This document shows positions 41,318-49,038 of a DNA stretch of 64,000 nt, piece by piece; within the stretch, counting starts at the first letter, position 1; every line of letters begins with the position of its first letter. The notes under the pieces are model-generated. The model worked only from the letters and a program-made list of their open reading frames with translations. It searched no databases and was not told the origin of the DNA. The position numbers and the translations under genes were made by a program. Source of the stretch: a virus; IMG/VR virus record IMGVR_UViG_3300018080_005419; one strand, written 5' to 3'.

Positions 41318-41986
41318 TCACAAATTTTTCGGTTCCATTCTTTCAAGTGCAATCTCGATAGGTGTACAGCCACTTCTGGCAAACCCTATCTTTCCCTTTT
41401 TTGGATATTTGCTAACTGTACAAACGCCAATTACTTTACCGTATTGATCTAAAACAGGACCACCACTCATTCCTACTTCAATTTCTGCTGTAGTCCAAAT
41501 AACATCAAGCTTTTTAGTGACATCATCTTGATCATCTATTACTCTACCGCAGACAAGACCAGTTTTTTCAACATAATTTCCATTTTTATCATATCCGCAA
41601 AATGTAACCGGAAATCCTTCTCTTCCTCTTTCATTTTCAAGCGTTCCATAAGGAAATTCCATAGAAGAAGGCTCAAGATAATGCTCGGTTTGAGTTGTAT
41701 CCATTACATAAACATCTTTATATTGTTCGTTCCATGTTATACCATACTTTTTATCTTCTGAAACTACCGCATGCCTAGCAACAACATAGAAAACTTTCTT
41801 TTTATACTTTAAATAAAAACCAGTAGACATATAACCTTTATCGTTTCTAAATCTACTTATTGAATCTTGACGTTGGATTGTACTATTTTCGATAATTAAA
41901 GCATCATCTATAATTTTTTCTTTTATTTTTTCTGTACACCCAAGAAGGAATACAGTCGATAAAACCAAAACTAATATTTTTTTCAT
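41318..41986 (-). CDS. Trypsin-like serine protease, predicted lipoprotein
   Basis: Lipobox LLGC; VARHAV (His); GMSGGPV (Ser). Confidence 0.82.
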   Translation of the reverse strand: MKKILVLVLSTVFLLGCTEKIKEKIIDDALIIENSTIQRQDSISRFRNDKGYMSTGFYLKYKKKVFYVVARHAVVSEDKKYGITWNEQYKDVYVMDTTQTEHYLEPSSMEFPYGTLENERGREGFPVTFCGYDKNGNYVEKTGLVCGRVIDDQDDVTKKLDVIWTTAEIEVGMSGGPVLDQYGKVIGVCTVSKYPKKGKIGFARSGCTPIEIALERMEPKNL

Positions 41987-42257
41987 TTCTTTTCCTCCTA
42001 TCGACTGTTTACTCTTGCTTTGCTATCCAATATACTAAAATCATTAAAGATAATTTCCAGTCTAATTGAAATGACCAAATCAATATTGCAGAAAATAAAA
42101 ATACACGACAAATAGATAACAAATCTGACATAAATCCAAACATATAAAGCCCCTTTACATTATACTTAAATATAAAACTAAAAACTGTTATATTATTTTA
42201 TATATTTAATTCTGGTATGCTTTTATTTATAAGAAATGCAAATAAGGGGCCAAAAAT

Positions 42258-42602
42258 TTAATTTTTTATTTTATTTTTAATTGCCTGAAAAAGTTCCTCT
42301 TTTGTGAATGGTTTTTTTAAAAAGTCTTCTTCTTTTGTTTTTTTATATTTATCATATCCAGACATGAAAAGGACTGGAACATCAAATCCAAATGCCTTAG
42401 CTAATTCAATTCCTTCAGGTCCACTCCATTTTGGCATCATTATGTCGCAAATGACTAAATCATATTCATTATCGTGTCCTGACAATAAATGATATGCTCC
42501 TTGACCATCGCTTATACAATCAACCTCATAGTCATTGATTAACATTTCCATCAACATAAATCTGATATGCCTACAATCGTCAACAATCAGTATCTTTTTC
42601 AT
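42258..42602 (-). CDS. Single-domain response regulator (CheY-like)
   Basis: MKKILIVDD, CDIMMP, FMSG, LKKPF; start trimmed to 42602. Confidence 0.9.
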   Translation of the reverse strand: MKKILIVDDCRHIRFMLMEMLINDYEVDCISDGQGAYHLLSGHDNEYDLVICDIMMPKWSGPEGIELAKAFGFDVPVLFMSGYDKYKKTKEEDFLKKPFTKEELFQAIKNKIKN

Positions 42603-42834
42603 CAGGAAGTCTACCCATTTTAGGTTCAAACACAGCACATTCCCAAATTGGAGCTATAATATGATGACCTTCACAAACTTCTTTCCAATATCTAAAAAGG
42701 GCGCAGTTTCTACCATTTGGATCATAGTTCTTACATTCATAACAAATATGACTCTCTTTATATTTATCCTTTAAATCTATCCTAACCCAAGTACTCATCC
42801 CTTTATGCTCAGATTTAGCATATTTTGAGTCCAT
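42580..42834 (-). CDS. Hypothetical Cys-containing protein
   Basis: CYEC..C..C..C pattern. Confidence 0.6.
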   Translation of the reverse strand: MDSKYAKSEHKGMSTWVRIDLKDKYKESHICYECKNYDPNGRNCALFRYWKEVCEGHHIIAPIWECAVFEPKMGRLPDEKDTDC

Positions 42835-42857
42835 CGAGGTCGTCCCATAGTTGTATT

Positions 42858-43370
42858 TTATTCTTTATCATTTCTATGTTTGAAATGATAAAGTTCTTGT
42901 TTATATTCTGATGTTGCTTCTGCTATTTTTGCTTTCTTTCTAAGCAAATGTTCGTACATTGCATAATCAACTTGCTTAGGATATTTTTTACTCATCCATT
43001 TTTCATAAGCAATCCACTTTTTTGCTACTTCTTTTGTCATTTCAAATTTGCCAGCATATTTCCCATACATAGCCACACCAATATTTTCATATATTTGGAT
43101 ACGCCTGTTCTTTTCCACATAATCCCAATATCCCAATCCAGACATTTTAAGCTCGGGAGAAGGACCCCACAACTTATTCCATCCCCTTCGCATATACACT
43201 CGATTTGGAATACCATCTTTGCCCTTAACTAAAACAACATCATTAGACTGTGTTGTCCGATTATAAGAATAAAGACCAACCGCTTCTATCCCATACCAAG
43301 TACCAGTTACTTGAGACGAAGAACAGCCAGTCAATACTAAACACATAAAAATTAACATAAGCTTTTTCAT
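42858..43370 (-). CDS. Predicted lipoprotein
   Basis: MKKLMLIFMCLVLTGC lipobox. Confidence 0.7.
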   Translation of the reverse strand: MKKLMLIFMCLVLTGCSSSQVTGTWYGIEAVGLYSYNRTTQSNDVVLVKGKDGIPNRVYMRRGWNKLWGPSPELKMSGLGYWDYVEKNRRIQIYENIGVAMYGKYAGKFEMTKEVAKKWIAYEKWMSKKYPKQVDYAMYEHLLRKKAKIAEATSEYKQELYHFKHRNDKE

Positions 43371-43426
43371 TTTATTCTCCTTTTCTTTTTGTTAAAGACT
43401 TCTATTGATTGCGAAAATTATTTAAT

Positions 43427-44122
43427 TTATTTGCAATTTTCAATTTTGCTATAAATAATATCCAATTGTCCCTCCATCACTTTATCTAATTTATATATCG
43501 CCTTTTTAACTCTTTCATCTTTGACTCTATTTTCTATAAAATTATATGTCCTAATCTTTTCCGCTCTTCCAGATTTTCCAATTTGTTTTTGACGATTAGA
43601 TTTTCGACTATTCTTTTCAGTATCTATTTGTTTTTCTTGTACTCTTGCTTTTAATAATTCCAAAGCCTTTATTTTATTTAAACTTTGTGATCTTCCCCTA
43701 GTACAAACCGCTATTGTTTTAGTTGGTAAATGCTTAACTCTGACTCCTGTATCTGATGTATTCCTATGTTGTCCTCCTGGACCTTGACCTCGGATAAAAT
43801 CAACTTCAACATCATTCATATTAAAATTTTCTTGAGTTTTATTAATAGGAAGGACAGCAACGGTAATTGTAGATGTATGCCGACGACCTTTTGATTCAGT
43901 AGGTGGTACTCTTTGAAGACGATGAATGCCAGACTCGTATTTCACAAGTCTTTCAATATCGCCATCAATTTCGCAAATTATTTCAGAATCAGATACATCA
44001 AGGAGGGAGAGTTTGATTTGTTCTTGTTTGCAATACTTATCATACATCCTTAACATTTCAAGGATAAATTGTTTTGCATCATCTCCACCAACACCTGCGC
44101 GAATTTCAAGAATAGCTCTCAT
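43427..44122 (-). CDS. prfA: Peptide chain release factor 1-like protein lacking N-terminal domain 1
   Basis: ESGIHRLQRVPPTE (PxT), GPGGQ, RSQ..NK..AL..L, EKIRTYNF; ATG at 44122 after GGAG. Confidence 0.85.
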   Translation of the reverse strand: MRAILEIRAGVGGDDAKQFILEMLRMYDKYCKQEQIKLSLLDVSDSEIICEIDGDIERLVKYESGIHRLQRVPPTESKGRRHTSTITVAVLPINKTQENFNMNDVEVDFIRGQGPGGQHRNTSDTGVRVKHLPTKTIAVCTRGRSQSLNKIKALELLKARVQEKQIDTEKNSRKSNRQKQIGKSGRAEKIRTYNFIENRVKDERVKKAIYKLDKVMEGQLDIIYSKIENCK

Positions 44123-44225
44123 TTGAGAATCTCCTTTCGAAAGACAATATTTCACTACGACAAAACTAAATTTAGATAGTTTTGCTAATAGCAGTCAGTC
44201 ATCGAAAGGAGAAATTTAGCCACTT

Positions 44226-44708
44226 TCAAGATCCTTCTTTTTTCTTAAGTTTTCTGGCACCTTCAACTAATGTTTCTTCTAATGCTACATCTATTCCCAA
44301 TTTTAATTTTATCTTTCCTGGCACATTATCATTTTGTATTGCAAAATCTCTAAATGTACTCCTATCAGAAATCAAGCATTCTTCTGGATCATAATCTAAT
44401 ACTCTTAAAATTTTATCTATATATTCTTTGTATGCTTCTACTTTTTCCTGACAAGCCATCTTTATATCTTCTATTTTTGGTGTTTCCCAGAAGAATCCAT
44501 ATTCGCCATGTTCAACAACTATTTCATGACACATATTAACGGGAATGCCTAAAATTTCTCCTAAACCTCGAAACTTGCATAACAAAGAGGACTCATCCCA
44601 CGGTCCTTCTTCCCATGACTTTCTAGGACGTTCTTTATAGATATATGCTATATTTCCCGTAGGAGTCTTTTCATTTCTAATCCAAATTTTTATTTTTTCT
44701 TTTTCCAT
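44226..44708 (-). CDS. Hypothetical protein
   Basis: 160-aa ORF between tRNA-Thr and the release factor. Confidence 0.7.
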   Translation of the reverse strand: MEKEKIKIWIRNEKTPTGNIAYIYKERPRKSWEEGPWDESSLLCKFRGLGEILGIPVNMCHEIVVEHGEYGFFWETPKIEDIKMACQEKVEAYKEYIDKILRVLDYDPEECLISDRSTFRDFAIQNDNVPGKIKLKLGIDVALEETLVEGARKLKKKEGS

Positions 44709-44728
44709 TTTGTTTCTCTTTTAAATTT

Positions 44729-45015
44729 TGGAGCCACCGGAGGGAATCGAACCCCCAACCTGCGGTTTCTCCCATTTTCGACTTTCATCGACATCAAAAA
44801 GATGCTTATGGGATGGACTTTCCCTTCACCATATCATTTTACTGACTTAGGTGGGCCGTGTCAAGTCTCTACACTCGCATTTCTGCTAGCTCGGGATTGC
44901 CATCAGCATTATCTGTTAAGGTTTCCCCGATTTAGCGGCCTCCACCATATATATTTCTATATATGGGTGCAATTTTACTTACAAAACCGCTGCTCTACCG
45001 TTGAGCTACAGTGGC
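44729..45015 (-). tRNA. tRNA-Thr(UGU) interrupted by a group I intron (exons 45015-44981 and 44768-44729)
   Basis: Joined exons give GCCACTG/CGGTGGC acceptor, GCGGT-TTTGTAA-ACCGC anticodon arm, TTCGATT T-loop, encoded CCA. Confidence 0.9.
44769..44980 (-). ncRNA. Group I self-splicing intron, 212 nt, IC3-like, no ORF
   Basis: Inserted after U36, ends in G; P AAATCGGGGAA, Q AATCCCGAGC, R GTAGAGACTTGA, S AAGGGAAAGTCC; P7 GAGACT/AGTCC; P3 GGCCG/CGGCC. Confidence 0.88.
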
Positions 45016-45034
45016 GTTTTCCCCTTTATTTTAC

Positions 45035-45422
45035 GAGAAGTTTTACAAAAGAAAGCCCACTACTTTAGTTGTGGGATGAATTTTGTCTACTTTCCTCTTG
45101 ACAACGATCATAATTCCTCTTATAGTAACACATAAGTTCTTTGAAAACCTGGGTATATGGTTGCCTACAATTAAAGCCTTTGTAGGTGTAAAACCCTAAA
45201 ACGGGTACAAAGTGAGTTTATATAAGATAAACTTAAAAGAATTCATGACGGGTAAAATCGCAGCTTTCTTTCTAAATTTAAACATTCTTATATACCTCAA
45301 AAACCAAATTTTATGCAGAAGGGGCATCTTCTGTTGGTTTAGATACTGTAAGACTATTCCTTCGGATAGCTAGTATCGCTTAAGCCAGAATCCCACGATC
45401 TTTAGTCGTGGGAGTATGTCAA
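45035..45422 (+). mobile_element. Non-autonomous IS200/IS605 (IS608-like) element with a tnpB 3'-end/omegaRNA relic
   Basis: TTAC target, AAAG guide plus hairpin CCCACTACTTTAGTTGTGGG at left; GAAT plus CCCACGATCTTTAGTCGTGGG plus AGTATGTCAA at right; relic frame KFYAEGASSVGLDTVRL. Left cut could instead follow TTAC at 45043-45046. Confidence 0.85.
45098..45126 (+). promoter_or_regulatory. Sigma70-type promoter inside the IS relic
   Basis: TTGACA-17 bp-TATAGT. Confidence 0.75.
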
Positions 45423-45514
45423 GAAGTCTGATTACAAAGCCACATAATAAGCGCGTAACCAATAGTGGCCATTAACAAAAGAGTGACAAACAAAAATCCA
45501 ATTGCTTTTTTCAT
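45419..45514 (-). CDS. Small membrane peptide (31 aa)
   Basis: AGGAG RBS; MKKAIGFLFVTLLLMATIGYALIMWLCNQTS; stop supplied by the IS right end. Confidence 0.55.
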   Translation of the reverse strand: MKKAIGFLFVTLLLMATIGYALIMWLCNQTS

Positions 45515-45699
45515 TTTATATAACTCCTAGAAATCAAATATAAATATCAACATTCTCGCCTAATCCCTTTTCTTTTGTTCCTTCTATCTTATATTTTCCA
45601 ACTGGTTTATCTTTCACAATATCACCAAATTTTTGATTTTGGGAATACTTATATAAATGAAATTTCCTAACTATTGAGTTTGATTGAATGTTCATTATT

Positions 45700-46047
45700 T
45701 TATTTTGCCATTAATGATCGAATTTCCCAGGTACGAACATAAGCCTCAGCACATCTCCTTGCCAAAGTTGGATCTACATTCCTTTTATAAAGATATAAGA
45801 ATACTGCTGCTGCTCTTCTTGCTTTTCTTTCTAAATTAGGAGAAGCAAAGTCTGTAAATCGAATATGTTTATCTTCCCATATCATCATCCAGTGGTTGTT
45901 CATTTCTCCATTTTTAATTATATCAAATTTAACTTCTACATCTTCTTCTTGTAAAAATTGTTCTATTAATCTTTCATCAAATTTATCATCCATACAATCC
46001 TTGGCAAATTGAAAATCATCGCTTTTACCAAAAAAACGTTTCGTCAA
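45700..46047 (-). CDS. Hypothetical protein
   Basis: 115-aa ORF. Confidence 0.65.
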   Translation of the reverse strand: MTKRFFGKSDDFQFAKDCMDDKFDERLIEQFLQEEDVEVKFDIIKNGEMNNHWMMIWEDKHIRFTDFASPNLERKARRAAAVFLYLYKRNVDPTLARRCAEAYVRTWEIRSLMAK

Positions 46048-46081
46048 TCTAATTAATGCTACAAAAAATTCTTTAATTATT

Positions 46082-46519
46082 TTAGTTTCCCCTTAACTGT
46101 AATTTGCACATCCAATATTTAACGAAACTTTCAGTGACCGAATCCATACCTGTTGTTGCAAAATTATTTATTCGTGGAACCAAAACCAATTGAATTCCTA
46201 ATTGCTTGCACGTCTCAGATTCTATACAAGATTCTCCATATTCTTCACCGTTACAATGTATATCCGGGTGTATTCTCTTTAAAAAATCGATTGGTGTTGA
46301 CTCATTAAATATAAAAACCTCATCAATAAACCCTAGCGACATCAATGCTTTCTTTCTTGTTTCTTCATCGTAAAATGGATCTCTTTTATTCTCTTTTATA
46401 TAAGAATCACTATTAATACCAACCTTTAAAACATCACCCTGAGCGCGACAAAACCCAAGGAAAAATAAATGACCTGGATGAATACCGTCAAAACAACCAT
46501 TACAAGTCACAATAATCAT
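46082..46519 (-). CDS. Cytidylyl/adenylyltransferase (RfaE domain II/TagD-like)
   Basis: NGCFDGIHPGH (HxGH), VGINSD, L..LGFIDEV.IF.E.TP. Confidence 0.85.
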   Translation of the reverse strand: MIIVTCNGCFDGIHPGHLFFLGFCRAQGDVLKVGINSDSYIKENKRDPFYDEETRKKALMSLGFIDEVFIFNESTPIDFLKRIHPDIHCNGEEYGESCIESETCKQLGIQLVLVPRINNFATTGMDSVTESFVKYWMCKLQLRGN

Positions 46520-46533
46520 TTTAAATTCTCATT

Positions 46534-46974
46534 TTATACACTGGAACTACTTGAACTACTAACAACGAAATAGTTTGCCAATGTCAACTTTGCAGTCATT
46601 TCATTTGTATGAGTTTGTGAATTTATTGTTGTTACTTCAAATTTAGCATCAATAACGGAAACAGGTACAATAGGAACACTTGGCAATGTAGTCGAATCAT
46701 GAACATAATGCACAATATCTGTATCTGTAGCACCATTTAAAGCACTCATAAAATTCGTATAATTTATATTTGTCTCTCCTGTTCCCAATGCAAAAAATAC
46801 AAAATAAGTACTAGTTGTATCTCCTGCTGTCGTACTAAGAATTTGTTTGTAAGATCCATAATCCTGAACAGATAAAATTGATCCTGTGCCATAATCATAA
46901 ACAATCTCAAAATTTGCAGGACTTATGGTTTCTCCTACATCCATAATATCTTTAAGTTCTGCTACCGTAAGCAT
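46534..46974 (-). CDS. Thr/Ser-rich hypothetical protein (possible virion protein)
   Basis: AAGGAG RBS; 21 Thr in 146 aa; poly-Ser tail. Confidence 0.65.
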   Translation of the reverse strand: MLTVAELKDIMDVGETISPANFEIVYDYGTGSILSVQDYGSYKQILSTTAGDTTSTYFVFFALGTGETNINYTNFMSALNGATDTDIVHYVHDSTTLPSVPIVPVSVIDAKFEVTTINSQTHTNEMTAKLTLANYFVVSSSSSSSV

Positions 46975-47049
46975 GAGCCAATCTCCTTTTACGTTTTAAA
47001 TACTTGCTTATATTATATCTTGATAAATAGAAGATTACTCAAAATTCCA

Positions 47050-47251
47050 ATAAAAAACCACCGAGTTTCAGCCCGGTGGTGAAGTCCGTAAGTCTAATGC
47101 TATCACCACCTAAGCTCATTTTTATTGAGCTTTGTCGTTGTAGTTCTTATGGTTGTGGTGATTACGCTAAAGTTCATGTTTTCTCACAATTCTTATCACT
47201 TTCTAAAAACAGACTAAAAATCAATATAAATCATAAAACAAACAAAGTCAA
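47050..47251 (-). promoter_or_regulatory. Threonine-type transcription attenuator (promoter, leader, antiterminator, terminator)
   Basis: TTGACT(47251-47246)-17-TATATT; seg1 ATCACCAC, seg2 GGTGGTGA, seg3 TCACCACC; terminator CCACCGGG-CTGAAA-CTCGGTGG-T6. Confidence 0.88.
47103..47177 (-). CDS. Thr-rich leader peptide MNFSVITTTIRTTTTKLNKNELRW
   Basis: 7 Thr codons in 9 positions using all four Thr codons; ThrL-like; directly precedes the terminator. Confidence 0.85.
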   Translation of the reverse strand: MNFSVITTTIRTTTTKLNKNELRW

Positions 47252-47265
47252 GTTCTTTTTAATTA

Positions 47266-47529
47266 TTAAACATCCATATACTCCTTTAACAAACGAAAAA
47301 CTCTGTATGTATTATATCCAACTATCGTAGCCTTTTGATGTATTTCTTTAGCCTTCTCTTTAAAACCATGTGCTGCTAATATGCTAGCTGCTTTAACAAT
47401 CATAGCATATCCGTCTATATCTTTTTCTGGATCTAGTTTCATCTTGGGTTTCATCGTATTACCTAATTTAAATAACTCTGGCAACCAAATTGCAAGTATA
47501 CTATTGAAATAACGCAAATCAAGTGGCAA
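47266..47529 (-). CDS. Hypothetical protein (start uncertain, possibly MKPKMK)
   Basis: ORF track; plausible composition. Confidence 0.5.
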   Translation of the reverse strand: MPLDLRYFNSILAIWLPELFKLGNTMKPKMKLDPEKDIDGYAMIVKAASILAAHGFKEKAKEIHQKATIVGYNTYRVFRLLKEYMDV

Positions 47530-47632
47530 ATTGTAAACTAATGATAATAATCACCCCATAGTATATCAATAATCACTTAAAACAATAAACAAAATATTTC
47601 TCTTTCTATTTTGGGGTAAAGGGGTGACAACA

Positions 47633-48892
47633 ATGTATAAACAACGGGGTTCTGCTCTAATAATAACAATGATTATGTTTATGATAGCAACAGGAATAAT
47701 AACAGCATTATATATAGTAGTTTTGACAGCAAGTAAAAACAGTCAAATTCAATCTCAGTATTTAGAAGCATTAGAAAAATCACAAATAGGATTAAACATA
47801 ACATTTAGAAAAATTAAAATGACACCACTGAAATACAATAGTAGTTATGAATTAATGTGTTTTGTAGAGCAGGACCCCGACACAATAGGAAATATAAAAA
47901 CAATTGATAATAGCAATGTGGGCTATAAAGTACAAGTTCGCTCAGCATATCTAGCACATACATTAGGAGCAGTTGAAGAAACATATTTAAAAGAAATACA
48001 ATATGAAGTTAGAAATGATCCTATCAATCCAATTTTTGACTATTATGAAATCAGGGCAAAATCGAAAGGAGTTGGAGAACATGACTTTCAAAGAGGCGTT
48101 ATCTGCTTTGCTGAAATCCGCAAATCTGATGCAGCCATCCCCAGTGCGCTTTATATTGATAATGACCCTAATCCTGTTTGGAATGGGGCTTCTTGGCGTG
48201 TTAGCGGTAAAGATCATTCAATGGCTCCGACAAGTGGAGGTGGAGGAATCATGGAAGAAGATGATTACCTCGTCTTCTCCGATAAGCATAAGCCAGCAGT
48301 TGGATACGATGGAGAATATTCTGCTTTGGGATTTACCTCATCAGAAGAAGATCAAATCTCTACCTTTAACGAAAGTGGAACAGAAGTCACAGGAGAACAG
48401 GCATTTGTCAATACAAATATCGACCTACGAAAACTCGCCTGTAAATTCATCGGAGGAGAACCAACAGACCCATTAAAACCAGATTATAGCAGAGTTGACA
48501 ATACTACTATGTCTTCATCTGGTCTTGGAGATATTGATGATTTTAGAGTTACATATATTGGTGGAGATGCTGGAACTGTTGCCGGAAAAATAACAGGAGG
48601 TGGAGTTTTAGTAATCGATGGAAGTGTTAGTATTGTAGGACAATTAACGTGGTATGGATTGGTTATTGTTTTGGGCGATATGAATATGAGCGGTGGAGGG
48701 GCAGGAATTCACGTTTTTGGATCTATTATGGTTGAATCAGAATCGGTAGTTTCGGGACAAGCAGATATTTGGTATAGCGAAGAAGCATTGCAAAAATTAA
48801 TGAAAGATTGTGAACCTATTATGATGGTCGATGTGATTCCTATGGCTTATCAATTAATAGAAAAAGGTGATGATAAGATGGAAGATTTATAG
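47633..48892 (+). CDS. PilX-like N-terminal pseudopilin-domain protein
   Basis: QRGSALIITMIMFMI..; C-terminal GGGVLVIDG..GLVIVLGD..FGSIMV; start ATG 47633 (or GTG 47624). Confidence 0.75.
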   Translation: MYKQRGSALIITMIMFMIATGIITALYIVVLTASKNSQIQSQYLEALEKSQIGLNITFRKIKMTPLKYNSSYELMCFVEQDPDTIGNIKTIDNSNVGYKVQVRSAYLAHTLGAVEETYLKEIQYEVRNDPINPIFDYYEIRAKSKGVGEHDFQRGVICFAEIRKSDAAIPSALYIDNDPNPVWNGASWRVSGKDHSMAPTSGGGGIMEEDDYLVFSDKHKPAVGYDGEYSALGFTSSEEDQISTFNESGTEVTGEQAFVNTNIDLRKLACKFIGGEPTDPLKPDYSRVDNTTMSSSGLGDIDDFRVTYIGGDAGTVAGKITGGGVLVIDGSVSIVGQLTWYGLVIVLGDMNMSGGGAGIHVFGSIMVESESVVSGQADIWYSEEALQKLMKDCEPIMMVDVIPMAYQLIEKGDDKMEDL

Positions 48893-48898
48893 ATTTTG

Positions 48899-48975
48899 TG
48901 GTGGGCGACATAGGACTCGAACCTATAACTTCTTGCGTGTAAAGCAAGTACGCTAGCCAATTGCGTCAGTCGCCC
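48899..48975 (-). tRNA. tRNA-Val(UAC)
   Basis: CTTGC-TTTACAC-GCAAG anticodon arm; full cloverleaf; CCA. Confidence 0.95.
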
Positions 48976-49038
48976 ATATAATATAAAAGAGCAAACAATA
49001 TATTCTATCGTCTGCTATTTTAAAAGTCAAATTATATT

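Noticed and set aside
43427-44155. Stop-codon reassignment suggested by the phage release factor
   Set aside because: Long intact ORFs under the standard code end in TAA (378), TAG (6181) and TGA (12010, ATGA overlaps); no suppressor tRNA found
44802-45068. Plus-strand 88-aa ORF as an intron-encoded protein
   Set aside because: Antisense to the intron and tRNA; no endonuclease motif
46534-46575. C-terminal YFVVSSSSSSSV as a second FVSNSS radical-SAM motif
   Set aside because: C-terminal rather than N-terminal, lacks the Asn and the MKIRxG context; likely low-complexity tail
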